Source: Chiloscyllium plagiosum (taxonomy: Eukaryota). Taken from it: a stretch of 64,000 nt of DNA. Each line of letters begins with the position of its first letter. Position 1 is the first letter of the stretch. Positions 1-13,000 of the stretch are shown one piece after another. Location of the stretch: positions 61,731,835 to 61,795,834 of the forward strand of contig NC_057726.1 of NCBI RefSeq assembly GCF_004010195.1, given 5' to 3'. Below the pieces are notes generated by a model. The model was not told the origin of the DNA and searched no databases. It worked only from the letters and a program-made list of their open reading frames with translations. Both the position numbers and the translations under genes were made by a program.

Positions 1-965
1 TGTGGCCAGAATTCTTCACAATATATATCAATGATTTGGATGAGGAAAGTGAATCCTCGATATCCAAGATTACAGTTGGCACAATGAACAGTAGGGACGT
101 CCAGTGGTGAGAATGGCACAGAATTTGAAGAGTAGTATAAACACGTTATAAGAGTGGGCAACAGCTTGACAAATGTGAAGCAATGCACTTTGCCAGAAAG
201 AATAGAGGAGCTGGATCTTCTTTAAGTGGACAAAAACTGTAAAAAGCTATGAAATGGAGAGATTCATGTGTTCTTGTCGATGAACACAAAATGCTAGAAT
301 CTGAGTTGAACAGTTAATTTGGAAGGCAAGTAGAATGTTACCCTTTGTTTCAAAGGAAATGGAGTATAGAAGTAGGGCGATCCTGCTAAAAGACTACAAG
401 GCTCTATTCATACCATAGCTGGACATCTGTGAACAGTTTTATTCCTGTTATCTAAGGATACATATATTGGCATTGGAGGCAATCCAAAGAAGGTTCACTA
501 GGCTGATATCAAGTATGGAGTGACTGTCTTATGAATACAGGTTGAGTAGCTTGAACTTTTAATCATTATATTCAGAGTGGGAAAGCAATCTTATGGAAAG
601 ATAGAAGATTTGTTTGGGACATGATAGGTTTGATGCTGAAAAGCTGTTTCTCCCTTGTGAGAAAGTCTACCATAGAGGGCATAATATCAACATCAAGCAT
701 TACACATTTAGGATAGAGATGCAAAGGAATTTCATCTCTTGGAGTGTAGTGAGTCTATGGAATTCCTCTCACAGAAAGTTGTAAAGGATGAATCTTTCAT
801 GATATTCAAGGCTGAGACAGATATGTTTTTATATAGATAATGGAATCAATGAATATGGCGAAAAGGCAGGAAAGTGGAGATGAGGACTATTAGATAGACC
901 ATAACATCATTGTAGGTGAAGCAGACTTATGGACTGAATGGCCTACGTCTGCTCCAGCGTATGTA
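1..965 (+). mobile_element. Degenerate CR1-type LINE 3' fragment
   Basis: Decayed RT C-terminal and 3'-UTR motifs (ggaatggagtatagaagtaggga, gtgagtctatggaattc, gaatggcctac..tctgctcc). Closely resembles the copy at 30250-31140. Confidence 0.75.
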
Positions 966-1008
966 AAGGGCATATCTTTTATGTCTTTCAGTCTGAGCAC
1001 CCTCTTCC

Positions 1009-1060
1009 CCTTTCTCTCTTTGTCTCTCTGTCTCTCTCTCTCTCTCACACACACACACAA
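1009..1060 (+). repeat. Compound (TC)n(AC)n microsatellite
   Basis: Visible directly in the sequence. Confidence 0.9.
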
Positions 1061-2806
1061 ACACGTCATTGTCATAAAAAAATCAAAGAAGAGTCATACA
1101 GGACTCATAACATTAATACCGTTTCTCCTTCCACACAATCTGCCAGGTATGCTGTGTTTCTTCTATGATTTGTCAACTGTTAATCAAGTTATCTACCAGC
1201 CGTCACTGTTCTTGCTTCTTTTTCAGTTGACGTACAATCAGCAACTTCTTGTGTTCCGTGGCTGACCATCATGCTAGTCACACTGCAAAAATATAACCTA
1301 TGTTCTGTCTAGTCAGACTTAACTCTGAAATCTGCTTTGTTCTGTATTGTAATCAGCTTGGATAAAAATGAAGTGTCGGTCACCTGGGGTAGAGTTCTGT
1401 TGAATTAAAAAGGGATCTGTGAATCATTAAAGAAACAAGCACGCAGAATTACTGCACATAGAAAGACCAGTTTTGAAATTTATTGCACAGACTGGAATGT
1501 CAAAATAGCTTTGACTGTTGTTCTGGGAGTAGAAAAACGTAATTGAAGATTGCTTGAAATCTTTGACTGGTACTGTACTGAGATTAAGCAAAAAGGCTGG
1601 AAGTAGAACATAAAATTGGAATCTATCATAAAAGTTGAAATGTTTAAAGATTTTACACAACAATTAGAACTAAATGAATGGAAAACTGCAATTGATATGT
1701 TATCATTGATTTAAAATTCAACTAGAAATTAAAAAAGAAAAAGAAATGAAAGCAGGAATTGAAAAGATGAGAATGCAGGAAAAAATGGAAAGGGAGAAAG
1801 GCAACAAAAAAGAAAATTAAATTGGATGGAGTAAAGGAAAAAATACAATGAGAAATGGACTTTAAAAATATTATCAATAAATAGACATCAGAATTTTAAA
1901 AATAGTATAGGACTTGGCTACAGAAAAGTTTAGTATAATTCAGGAAATAATATATAGGTGCTCAAAAGAGGATTATTTTCAATTAAGGGATTTGATTTAA
2001 CTAAAAATCTGCATTAGTTCCTAAATTTATACAGCATGGAGTGGAAAGATATTTCATCGCATTTCAAAAGGTAGCCTGAAAGATGAAATTACAGAAAGAT
2101 ACTTGGGCCTGAATGTTACAGAATATTTGGATAAGTACAACTAAAAAAAAGTTGCGTCAGTTTGTCAGAACAACCATCTTCAGAGCATAAAACTTTTAAA
2201 AAGCCTGCAAGTATTAATTAATATGTCAGGTGATTAGAAACAAACCTACTCAGCAATTTGCAGAAGTTGTAGGAAAAGAAATGCATTCGGATTGGTGCTA
2301 TATCCCACTGACGTTTGAGAAAAAAAATTGACAACTTAAAGTAAACCATAACTATGGAATTCAAAATTGTGTTTCAACAATTAAGCCTTACCTAGATGAG
2401 CTTCAAGTATCAAAGTTCTGCGAACGGCAATTTTGGCAGGTCCCCATGAGATTGTACACAGGCAATTACTTGTGGGGTATTAACCATATGGAAATCAGCG
2501 AGGAAATTGAAAGAAAATATTTATTTGGGTTGGAAAATATGTTAGTTTATTGAAATAAACAGAAGAATTCCAAACAAGGTAGGAGAAAGGCTGGAGTACA
2601 ACTGTGATAGAAAGAAAATTATATGCATCCATTATAATAAGACAGAACATCCTAACGCTGAAATGGGACACTAACTGCAGAAATATGAGCTTAAGAGATC
2701 CTTAAATAAGACAACATCAGGAAAGGAAATGAGCATTAAAACTGTAGCAGTGGTATAAGTGGAGAATATTGCATTGTAATCCAGTAGGAAGAGTAAAATA
2801 ACTCAT

Positions 2807-2930
2807 TTCATAGAACATAGAACATAGAAGAATACAGCGCAGTACAGGCCCTTCGGCCCTCGATGTTGCGCCTATCCAAGCCCACCTAAACTACACTAGC
2901 CCACTATCCTCCATATGTCTATCCAATCCT
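2807..2930 (-). mobile_element. Short CR1 3' end inserted in the Gypsy remnant
   Basis: (catagaa)n tail followed by acaggcccttcggccc, a typical CR1 3' terminus on the minus strand. Confidence 0.75.
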
Positions 2931-3490
2931 ATCATTAATGGATGTTTTTATTTGATACTCTAATACAAAGTCAGATGATTAGATGTTCCAGATAGTTTAT
3001 TTCAAAGAGAGATGTATTTCATTGGTTTTCTAATAAAGGAGGCAAACCAGGAACGATATTGAAAGACAACAGAGGGCAGAAATAATTGTTGCTATACACA
3101 AAGTGCACAATGTCATTCTATTATCTTGAATTTATTTAGAATATAAAAAAATGTAATCAGTGTAGTTTGATTAATCCAAATTGAAACAACTGATTTCATC
3201 TGAGGCAATAATATGACTATTGTAAGAGATCATATAGTTTCCGTATTTCAATGTCTAAATTGAAATGAATATGGACTGCAATATAACTGAAATACCAGGA
3301 GAGGTTTTCCATTTGCATATTAAGAGCAATGGAAGTAAAATCCCCCATGTAATTCCCCATTCTTAAAACAAACCGAAACTCTTGAAATTTTTGTGAATCT
3401 ATGATTTACAATGAAAATTTGTGCCTAACATAAGCACAATAGCTGCACCTTTAGTAGAATTGTTACAAAAACAGGGAAAAACTGATAAAG

Positions 3491-4138
3491 TGTTATGGAC
3501 CAGGCCAGAGCCCCTCAAAACATTTCAAGAAAGTAGACCAGACCCTAACTTTGCTAATTGTTTTAAACAGGTGTAACGTGGATATTCCAGGAGGGATGCA
3601 GCTGGTCAAACCTTTTAGTTTTGAACATATCGGAATTTATTTACATGATTACTGAATGAAACACAAACAAAAGTGAACAGAATGCCGAATAACAACCTAT
3701 CTAAAACCAACAGATCAGCTCAAATTAATCATGCTGTCCCAAATATTTGCAACAGCCCCTATAAACGTCCCTTGGCACAAAAGCTAAAATCAAATGCAGG
3801 GTTTTACAGGGGAGATGTCAGAGAGCGCGGAGGAGCAGTCTGAACCTGCTTCTTTGGGTCCAGCAGTTTTTACAATTGCCTGACTGCTTTCAGTGAATAG
3901 CCAGACCAAACCAAACCCAGAGTATTGCTGAGCTGGAGAACCGGTCACTCCTCTTCCATTATGCAAGTGTGTTTTGTTAACTTGAAAGCCTTTTTTCTGA
4001 GGCAGTATCTGTTAGGTATAATCAAATTAGCACTGAAACCCTTCAAAAGTAGACTTTTTTGAGTCTGCATCTTTTAGGACCTCTCTGAAAAAAGAAACCA
4101 AGGACACCATAACATTGTTAAAGGAGCAGCACCATCAC
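3491..4138. mobile_element. Probable solo LTR interrupting the Gypsy pol remnant
   Basis: About 650 bp of non-coding sequence splits the RT-RNase H remnant. It starts TGTTATGG, with the reverse complement CCATAACA at 4107-4114. The exact 3' end and a TSD were not resolved. Confidence 0.45.
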
Positions 4139-6928
4139 GTCAGCAGAATGTGAATCATTATTTTAGAAGTTGATGATGATGTTAACAAACGAATTCACGT
4201 TCTCCCCGATTCAATGAAGTGTTCCAAAATGAAAATTAATGCTATTGACTTTGCAATAGGTGCAGACGTTTGACGAGGTGGTGAATTTGTCAAGAGAGAA
4301 GATCGTGGGACACTTTTTTAAAAAGCTATCCGAAAAAGTACTCAACATTGAAAAAGGAAACGTTGTGATTATTGTTGACTTTTTAAAAATTTAACGTCAA
4401 TGTCCATCATGGTTGCGAAAAATCACTAACATATACTGACTGCATTCTGTTAGCTTTTGTAAGGGAATTTTTGTCTTGAAATCCAAATCATGCCGATGGA
4501 GTGTATTGAATCAACTACAACAATATTGCTGGAAACAAAAATGTAACAGCGAACGCATTATCAAGAATGTGATTGAGATGAAATAGTTTAAGAGTTTGGA
4601 AAGTAGATGAAAATACGTTGCTTAAGTTATGTGTAAGGAATGGGTGAGCGTGAATGAATGTAATTTTATTGTGTTGTTTTGTGTCTGTGCTACATTTATC
4701 TGACTTCGTTCCATCAAGAGGATGAAAAATGAATTGCGTTCAATTTTGCCAAGGGGCCTTTGATGATTTAAAAAAGTTGGAATCATCACAGACTGTATCA
4801 ATTCAAGGAAGATAACCATTGTGATTTTCTTGATGACAAAGATAATTTACACATTCATTTTGCATCACAAAATGGAATTAAACAAAAAAAACTCCATTGA
4901 TTTTACTTAGAGAATGAGAAATCTGTGACAGCCTGAGTTGCACATCAATGTAGTTTTGAACCCATTTGGGCCAATGGGGTCCGGTAGAACATTAAATATG
5001 GCAGAGGCTGGGTGTCGCTTAGAAATTGAGAATCCGGGTAGTCTTCATCAGAACAAATGAGCGGATCATTACTGAACAACAAATGTTAACTTCGCGTTCT
5101 TCTCACAGATGCTGCCAGACCTGCTGAGGTTTGACAGCAATTTCCGTTTTTGTTACAGATCTCCAGCATCTATGGTTCTTTGTTTGATTTATTTAACCAG
5201 GACTGCTCTGGACAGGTGTTTCTTTTTTTTAACCAACTTGCGTTAAAAATGATGCATGCAACTATAACTTACGATATATTGTCTGTTCCAGGTTTTTGTT
5301 ATCTCGAGAGCTCTTTGTATAGATAACGACTAGAAAAGATTGAAGGATTCTGTAAATATTTGGAATGATGGCAAGCATGGCTTAAGTTTAGATCTTGTGC
5401 CCTGCAGCAAGACATTACAGGTCGCTGGCTGTAGCTTTGAGAAGCCACAAGATGTGATAGATGGCGGCTTACACCCTTTAATTCCTGTTGCCCACCCCTC
5501 ACTCCTGCAAACCACTCACCCTGCTAGGTAAACAGGCCTTCTCGCTTTGACGTAAAGAATTGATGCATGCAGACTTATGGAATTTCAAAAACAGTGGACC
5601 TATCACCACCACCTACCAAAATGCCCCATAATGTTGTCTCTGAACACATATCGCATACCCCCACCCCCATTTTATTGGTACCAATATACTACCAGAAAGC
5701 AGGTCAGAATTTATATCTTGTTTATAGAGGAACGTCAACGGTATTTTGACCAATCAAATGTTTGAACACAATTAAAAAATTGTTGACTCGCTGTCTCTAA
5801 ATTCCTGTAAAGTTTGTGGAGGATGAACCTGGGCACGTGCCTTGTTCCTGAAGTCTCTGAACCATTTTCTGTTCTCAAACGTTTATTAGACGTTAAAGAA
5901 ATTGAACTGCAAAGCTGAAACCATTGGTGTATCTTTGTAGCTCTGCTCCATTCTGCAAAAGTGCTTCTTAACAGAAGCCTTGTCGAACTCAGCACACTGA
6001 CCCATGCTACACCGTTAAATGAAAACTGCTCAAATCTGGACGACAGCCAGACGGATATCGGCCAGAATTCATATTGACACTATTGGATCTCTGGGATTGG
6101 GCTCAAACTGGAAATCTTCTTGAGCAACAAAAACTAAATTGTTTCTGTTTTTCAGTAGGTTATTTCTCCAACTCACTCCACCTTTTGTAGTAGAGGTTTG
6201 ATTTAAAATAATGCTTGGGGACCATATTTCATTTTCTATTTCGCTTTTGATACAATTTGATTTACTTTTTTTTTTGACAGTGGAATAGTCGTTTGGCTTC
6301 TATTGCATTTTAGGAATGTTTTCGCCTTAAGGGGAGAACTTGTTTATATCCCCGTGCCTCTTAGTTTTGGATGCTTTTCTATTGAAAACGTTGGACATTC
6401 AACTCGAATAACTAAAGAAACGGTTTTGACACAAGTTGTGCAGTTTTGGATGCAGTAGCCTTTCTCTTGCCTACCTATCCTGTGACGTGGAAGACCAAAT
6501 AGTAAATCATGTTCAGTAAACGATTGCTTTTGGTCAAGCAGAACCAGTCTCCGAACGGAGTTTAAACCGTGTTTGTGAAACTGAACAAACTACCTTCAAA
6601 CTAAATGTCAATGTTGAAACACACAAACAAGTGCACATTTGAATACCAGAACACTTGGCCTGAACATAGTTTTCAACTTGCGACAAGACGAAAATGATTT
6701 CGGAAACTTTGCTATCTGCGTGGAAAGCCTCCCGACATTGAATTGTTTTTGTAATGGATTAGCCAACAATTCTTCCATGTAGCATTTCCCAATAAAACAG
6801 ATATTCCAGATAGTTGGTTCTTACCCTGACTGGAATGAATTATAATAGCGATTGGAGCACGTTTTATGATTCACAGCTAACTATTCCGGACCTACATCCA
6901 TTAATATTCCCTCAGCTTCCCAACATAT

Positions 6929-7078
6929 TTAAATTCTCAGCTTCTTGGCATTCTCTGTCACCTTTATTTCTGCATATAATGCGGAATTTTCTTGCTGTTT
7001 AGGTCTTGATGCTCTCTTGGAATCAGCTATTTGCAGAGTCGCATAAGTAAGCTTGTTATCTTCACTTCCTTGCTTGGT
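6929..7078 (-). CDS. Terminal cytoplasmic exon with ITIM LTYATL and ITIM-like ALYAEI
   Basis: Acceptor ttcctttcacag|, phase 0. Translates TKQGSEDNKLTYATLQIADSKRASRPKQQENSALYAEIKVTENAKKLRI*, stop TAA at 6931-6929. Confidence 0.9.
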   Translation of the reverse strand, partial: TKQGSEDNKLTYATLQIADSKRASRPKQQENSALYAEIKVTENAKKLRI

Positions 7079-10000
7079 CTGTGAAAGGAACATTTTTTCA
7101 CTCGTTAGACCATCGTCAATTCATTACGAGGTTTTATTCAAAAGACTTTAGTGGAATTTCCTCTCATCAGTTACAATTTGGGCTTAGTATTATTTTCTGT
7201 GTCTGATTTCTGTCCACACTAGAGCCCTGACCTCAAAATTCTTGTTATTCTGGTTTGAACTTCTCGCAAACTGCGTAAGTATATCAACATTGCCCATTTA
7301 GGCGAACTGGATATTGCTTCAATTGAAAAAGCAGCGGAATCAAATTCCAGTGTGTTAAATGTGATTGGAACGTTGATATTGCAAACATCCTTTCAAGGCC
7401 CAGTTTCCGAGCCGTAACAGCTAATGTGATCTGTTTATCCCATGGAGAGGCCTCACGTCATACGTTTCAACTACCTTTATCCCTTGACTGCTGATCTTCC
7501 GAACCCTGGGAACCACGGCAAATATAGTAGGTATTGGCTGAGATGGTCGGACCCAGCACAGTTGGAAAGTTAAACCTGGGGCCTTTCAATTCCCTAAAGT
7601 TTAATATACATTGAAGGTGTTACAATAAGTGATAAAATTGCTCGTGATCATAGTCAGTACTCTCTTTGCCTGTCTGTTCCTATTTTTCCTGAGTGGACAA
7701 GGCAGGCAGAATGGTGCTTGTTCTCAATGCTAATGTTGCCCGTATACCTGTAAACTCGATACTTGCCACTCGTATCAGCTAAGTTTAATTTGTTATAGCT
7801 CAGGACCATCATTATTATTGCTAATTCACGAAAGGAAACATAGATAACCGAGATTGTATTCTAGCCTAAAACTAATCTTAATAGCCCACTGCCGGTTGAT
7901 GGCTCCCCTGATTTGTATGGACGACCAAATCAGCAGGAGAAAAGTTGTCAAATCCCGAACAATTGCTTTATTTTGTCCTTTTTTTGCTATGGTATAAGAA
8001 TGTCAGTGACAATGTCAGTATTTGTTTCCCATCGCTATTTGCCTTGAACTGAGTGTCTTGGTAAGCCATTTCGAATAGTCGTTAAATATCAATCACGTGG
8101 CTGAGTGACTAGAGTCATATGTCAGCCAGGCCAGGTAAATAAAGGAGCAGCAGGTTTCCTTCCTGAAAGGAAATTACTAACATGCAAGCAAGGAACAAGA
8201 GCAAGCCACTCGGCCCTTCAAGCATGTGCCATCATTCAATGACGTCGTGTTTGACGTGACTGCATTCTCAACTCTACATTCCTGCATCCGCTACTCATCT
8301 TCCTGAAAGGAAATTACCAACATGCAAATAAGGAATATGAGCAAGCCACTCGGCCCTTCAAGCCTATGCCATCAGTTACTGAGGTCGTGTTTGACCTCAC
8401 TGTATTCTCAACTCTACATTCCTGCACCCGCAACTCACCTTGACTCCCCCAACGCCCCCGTCCCACCTCCCATAAACTTTCGACTGCTTAATAAACGAAA
8501 ATCTGTCTACCTGGCCTTAAAAATATTTAAAGTTTCTTCATCCACTGCCTTTTGAATAAGGCAATTCCAAAGTCTCATAACTCTATGAGAGAAACCAAAA
8601 AGAAATCTTCATCACTATTTTAAATAGACGGTCCTTTATTTTTAAACTATGACCTCTTCTCCCAAGAAAGGAAAGATCCTTTCAACGTCCAGCTGGTCAA
8701 CTCTGTCAGGATCTTAGATGTTTCAATTAAATAATCTCTGACACTTCCAAACTCCTGAGGATAGCTATTGTATAGCCTATAGTCTACAAAATGAAGCAAA
8801 AACTCAAAAATGAGGTGGGAGTAAAGAATCATGGGAAGCCAGGAAATTGTACAATATTTGAGTGAACGCTTCGCATCAGTTTTCACAGTAGACAGTAACA
8901 GCATTCCAAATTACTAAACAATCAAAGGAAAAAGGAAGAGTGGGATAAATTTAACAACTATCACTGGAGAGAAAGAAATGTCAGGGAAACTAGTAGTTCA
9001 TATAAATTAATAAGTCCCCTCGACCTGATGGGATATATCCTAGGATATCAAAACAATATCTATAGTACTGGATGAATCAGTAATAATTTTCCATAAAACC
9101 TTAGGTTCTGAAGAAAACTCCGAGAGGGCTTTAAATTTGCCAAAATAACATTTTTATTTAAAAGGGAAGGAGACAATAATAGGTAAATATAGGCCAGGCA
9201 GCTGAACATCCGTTATTGGGGAAATGTTTCAGTGTATTATAAAGGAGGCATGGTATTTCGACGTGCATGATTCTTAAGCAGAGTCAGCATGGATTCATTT
9301 AGGGGTAACCATACATTAAGTTATTTAACCAAATAAAAGCCATGGTCTTGGGGATAGTAGATTAATATGGATTGAACATTGACTTATTACTAGAAGCCTG
9401 AGATTTAGGATGGGGGCAGTGCATTTTCATAATGGAAATCTGGAACTCGTGGAGTGCCACAGGGATTAGTACTAGGGTCACAATTTTTCCAAACATGTAT
9501 ATTAAATACTTAGATACAGAAAGTGCATGCACAGTGGCTAATTTTATGTATAACATTAAAGTAGGTTGGATTGCGAGTTGTGAGAGTGACGCAGGTTTTT
9601 ACAGGGAGTTGGCAGATGGAGTATAATGTAAGAAATGTGAGGTTATGTAGTGTAGCAGGAGGAAAAGAGGTGCGTACTATTCCTTAAATGCAAGACAGCA
9701 GAAAGCTACGGAAGAGACTGATTTGGGATTCTCACGCATAAATCGCAAAAAAACTAGCACCGGGTTTTTGCAGATTTTAAAGAAGGCAAATTAAATGTTG
9801 CCCTTCATTTTAAAGGGGATGGAGTATAAAAGTAGGAATATTTGCCAAAACTAAACAAAGCACGAGTTCGAACATGGCTGGAATATTCTGAATAGTTTTG
9901 TTTCCCTTCTCTCAGAAAAAATATATTGACGTTGGAGGCACTCCAGACAAGGTTCACTGGCTGATACCGGGAATTGAGGAAATGTGTTCTGAAGTGAGGT

Positions 10001-13000
10001 TGAGTAGTCTGGGCCTGTACTCATTGAAATTTAGAAGAATTAGAGATGACCTGATTGAAACAGACAGGATTCTGAGGGGAATTGATGGGATAAATGTGGA
10101 GTTTTTTTTTTCCCATGTGAGAGAGTCTAGGACCAGACGGCATAATTTCAAAATAAGTGGTTGCATATTTAAAACAGAGATGAGGAGAAACTTCTTCTTT
10201 GCAAGGATAATGAACCTTTCCAATTATTTCCTACAAATGTTGTCTCAGTTGGGTCATTGAGAATATTTAAGCCTAAGGTAGATTTTTAGTTAGTAAAGAA
10301 AAGCATTGATGCAGAGAAGGGGCAGAAAAGTGGTTTGGAAGCTTGTCAGGTCAGTCCTGATCTCATTGGAATATGGAATGGACTCGATGGTCTAAATAAA
10401 TTGCTTATTTTTTGTTAATTTGTTCACAATATGTGAACATCACTGGCTAGGCCAGCATTCATTGTTGATCCCTAATGGCCAAGAGGGCAGTTGAGAATCA
10501 ACTACATTACTGTGGCTCTAGACTCGCATGTAGAGCAGACCAGGTTAGGATAGCAGATTTCCTTCCATTAATTCCGTTAGCAGAAACTTGTCTTATCATC
10601 ATAAGGTCACATACTGGAATCTACTCATCTCGTCATAGTCAACCTTCTCTGAGCTGCTTTAAATGTATAAATATCCTTCTATCAAAAGTATGACCAGTAA
10701 TGTACACAGTACTCCAGATGTTTTCGCACCAAAGGCTTGTACAAATATAGAAGGGAACATTTTCTTTTCGATAACAATTGATGGCAGTTAGCATGTTCAA
10801 TATTACTGAGACTAGCTTTACATTCCAAAATAATGGATTGAAATTACGTTCCATTAGTTGCTTCAGTGGGATTTGAGCCTGTGTCCTCATATTATTAACC
10901 TTTGCAATTGGATTACCATCACGCGTTCTGCTCCATGAAGTCAAAATTACAGCATACACTTCCGTTTGTACTACACTGTTTTTTGAAACTTGACTCCATT
11001 ATCACAATATTAACCTCGCATGGCTGTGACTTGACAATTCTTCCACCTTACCTCGGAATAGAGAGTGTGTTCTTCCTTCTGACTGTGTTTGGAGGGAGCT
11101 TTGTTGGCTTTCATGTTTACAATAGCAGAGGCGACGCTTTCTTCAGTTGGTCCTTGTCTAAGCTAAGAAAATAAGACATTGGTAAGCTGCAGAAGGTTCA
11201 GAAGAGATTTACCAGGATGTTGTCGCATATGTAAGTTTTGAGGTATCAAGAAAACTTGGATAGTTTTGGATTTTTTCCACTGGAACATAGGAGGTTGAGA
11301 GGTAACCTTTTACAACCTCATAAAATAGTGAAGGGTATAGATAGAAATAATAGTAGTTGCCGTTTCTCTAGGATGCGGGATTTCAGTACGAGAGGGCACA
11401 TTTTCAACGTGAGATGAGAAAGATTTTACAAAAGACAGGTGCATTTTTTTTTATTCACGTGAGGAATGAACTTCCTGAGGAAGTAGTAGATGTGCGTACA
11501 ATTACAACGTTTAAAAGATATTTTTATAAGAACATGAATAAGAAATATTTGGAGGGATATGAGCATGCAGATGGGACTAGTTTGGTTGGGATTACAATCG
11601 GCATGGACGGGTTTATATGTTCCGTGTCCCACTCCAGCCACTGTTTTTGGAAGGTGTCAAGGTCTTTGAGACGGTAAAATAGAGATTTACTGGAAGGGTC
11701 CCTAATAATCTGGGGAGAGTTTTTTATTTCTGCAGACCGTTGCAGTAGGCTGCCCACAAAGAGAGTTTGATAGAAAAAGGAATTGGATTGAAACGAGAGG
11801 ATGAAATAAATAGCGTGACAGTGGAACAAATTGACTCATTTCAAAAGGCGACAGAGACACGGGATTTTCACCCCGTGCTATGGAGTTCTATTTTCTAGGT
11901 TCTAGGACACGTAAGTGTTTTCGACTGAATATAAAATTCATTGCTATTCTTGCTATGTGTCCGGCTCCGCAACCATTTTTGTTAGGACTTTCAAGAATAA
12001 TGTTGCCCTACCCGCTCGTCATTCTGACCCTCTTCCATCGAACTCCTCCCTTTGCCTAATAGAAAGCAAAGGAATGCACCGTTAATAACACACTCCTTGT
12101 ATCATCAAATGTAATATAATCTCTTCGCTGCCAGAAACATTTACTTTATGTGGAGTACGGAAACCTACAGTTCAAAGGTGTTCAGCAACATTAATTGCAG
12201 TTTGATGTGTTTTAACAGCGCATTGCTCACATCGCGCTGCACCTAATGTTTTCGAATATGTCTCCGTATGATAGTGCAAAATGTGAGTCGATGGCCCATT
12301 TACAACATAGCATTACATTGGAAATAAAATCTAAGAATTTGCATATCTGGTTGTCAGTTCTAAAACACCCACTTTAATGCTGAAAGTTAAAATCCACTTA
12401 ATAAAATTTCCTGTTTAAGAACTAGGCCTGCACTGAACAATAATTGAGAACAATCGTAATTTCGATTGGAGCAATATGGGCATGAATAAACCGGGTGAAT
12501 AGTTCGAATAACAAGGTTAAATATTTGGATTTCAAATCCTCGTTAGATTCTCATCGCCACCATTTAAAGACATAGCCCTTGATGTCTCAACTACTCTTCA
12601 TGCTTTCCCACTGGATCTAAGTAAATACATATTCTGCGAAATAAGAAAGATTCTTACCAGCCGATGCCTTTAATTTGAGTTTCACGAAATATATTATGAA
12701 TAGCAACATTGCCAATGCCCCTCCTGCACATCCAAATATCGTCGGAAGATGGATACCTTCATATACAGGATGAAAACATGATGGAAGTCAACACGTGTGG
12801 AACACAGATAGTTACATGCGGAGAACATCATGCGCACGATGATAAATTGCAAAGACGTATCCCAGGAAAACCCGCTGTCAGTAAAGGCGGAACGTTTTAA
12901 TTTCGGTGGGAATAGCTCTGCAAGGGCTTTACTGTGTATCTGAGGACGTCACCTGCAGTTCAGCATTTTATGGAGAATGCATACATTTCATGACTTAAAG

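Larger units (their letters stand above)
1600..4620 (+). mobile_element. Highly decayed Gypsy LTR-retrotransposon internal region (Gmr1-like)
   Basis: Gag-like LVPKF..VERYFIAFQKVA (2015-2076), RT-like FVPNISTIAAPLVELLQK (3418-3471), RNase H-like KYSTLKKETL (about 4336) and IAGNKNVTANALSRM* (4525-4572). Many stops and frameshifts. Confidence 0.7.

Noticed and set aside
5292-5531. Plus-strand exon-like segment (ttccag|...AG|gtaaac)
   Set aside because: No recognisable protein motif or partner exons, so it cannot be supported.
11153-11162. Alternative acceptor 5 nt inside cytoplasmic exon 2 (ttag|ACAAGG)
   Set aside because: It would shift the frame relative to the phase-0 upstream donor and destroy the alignment with the terminal exon.
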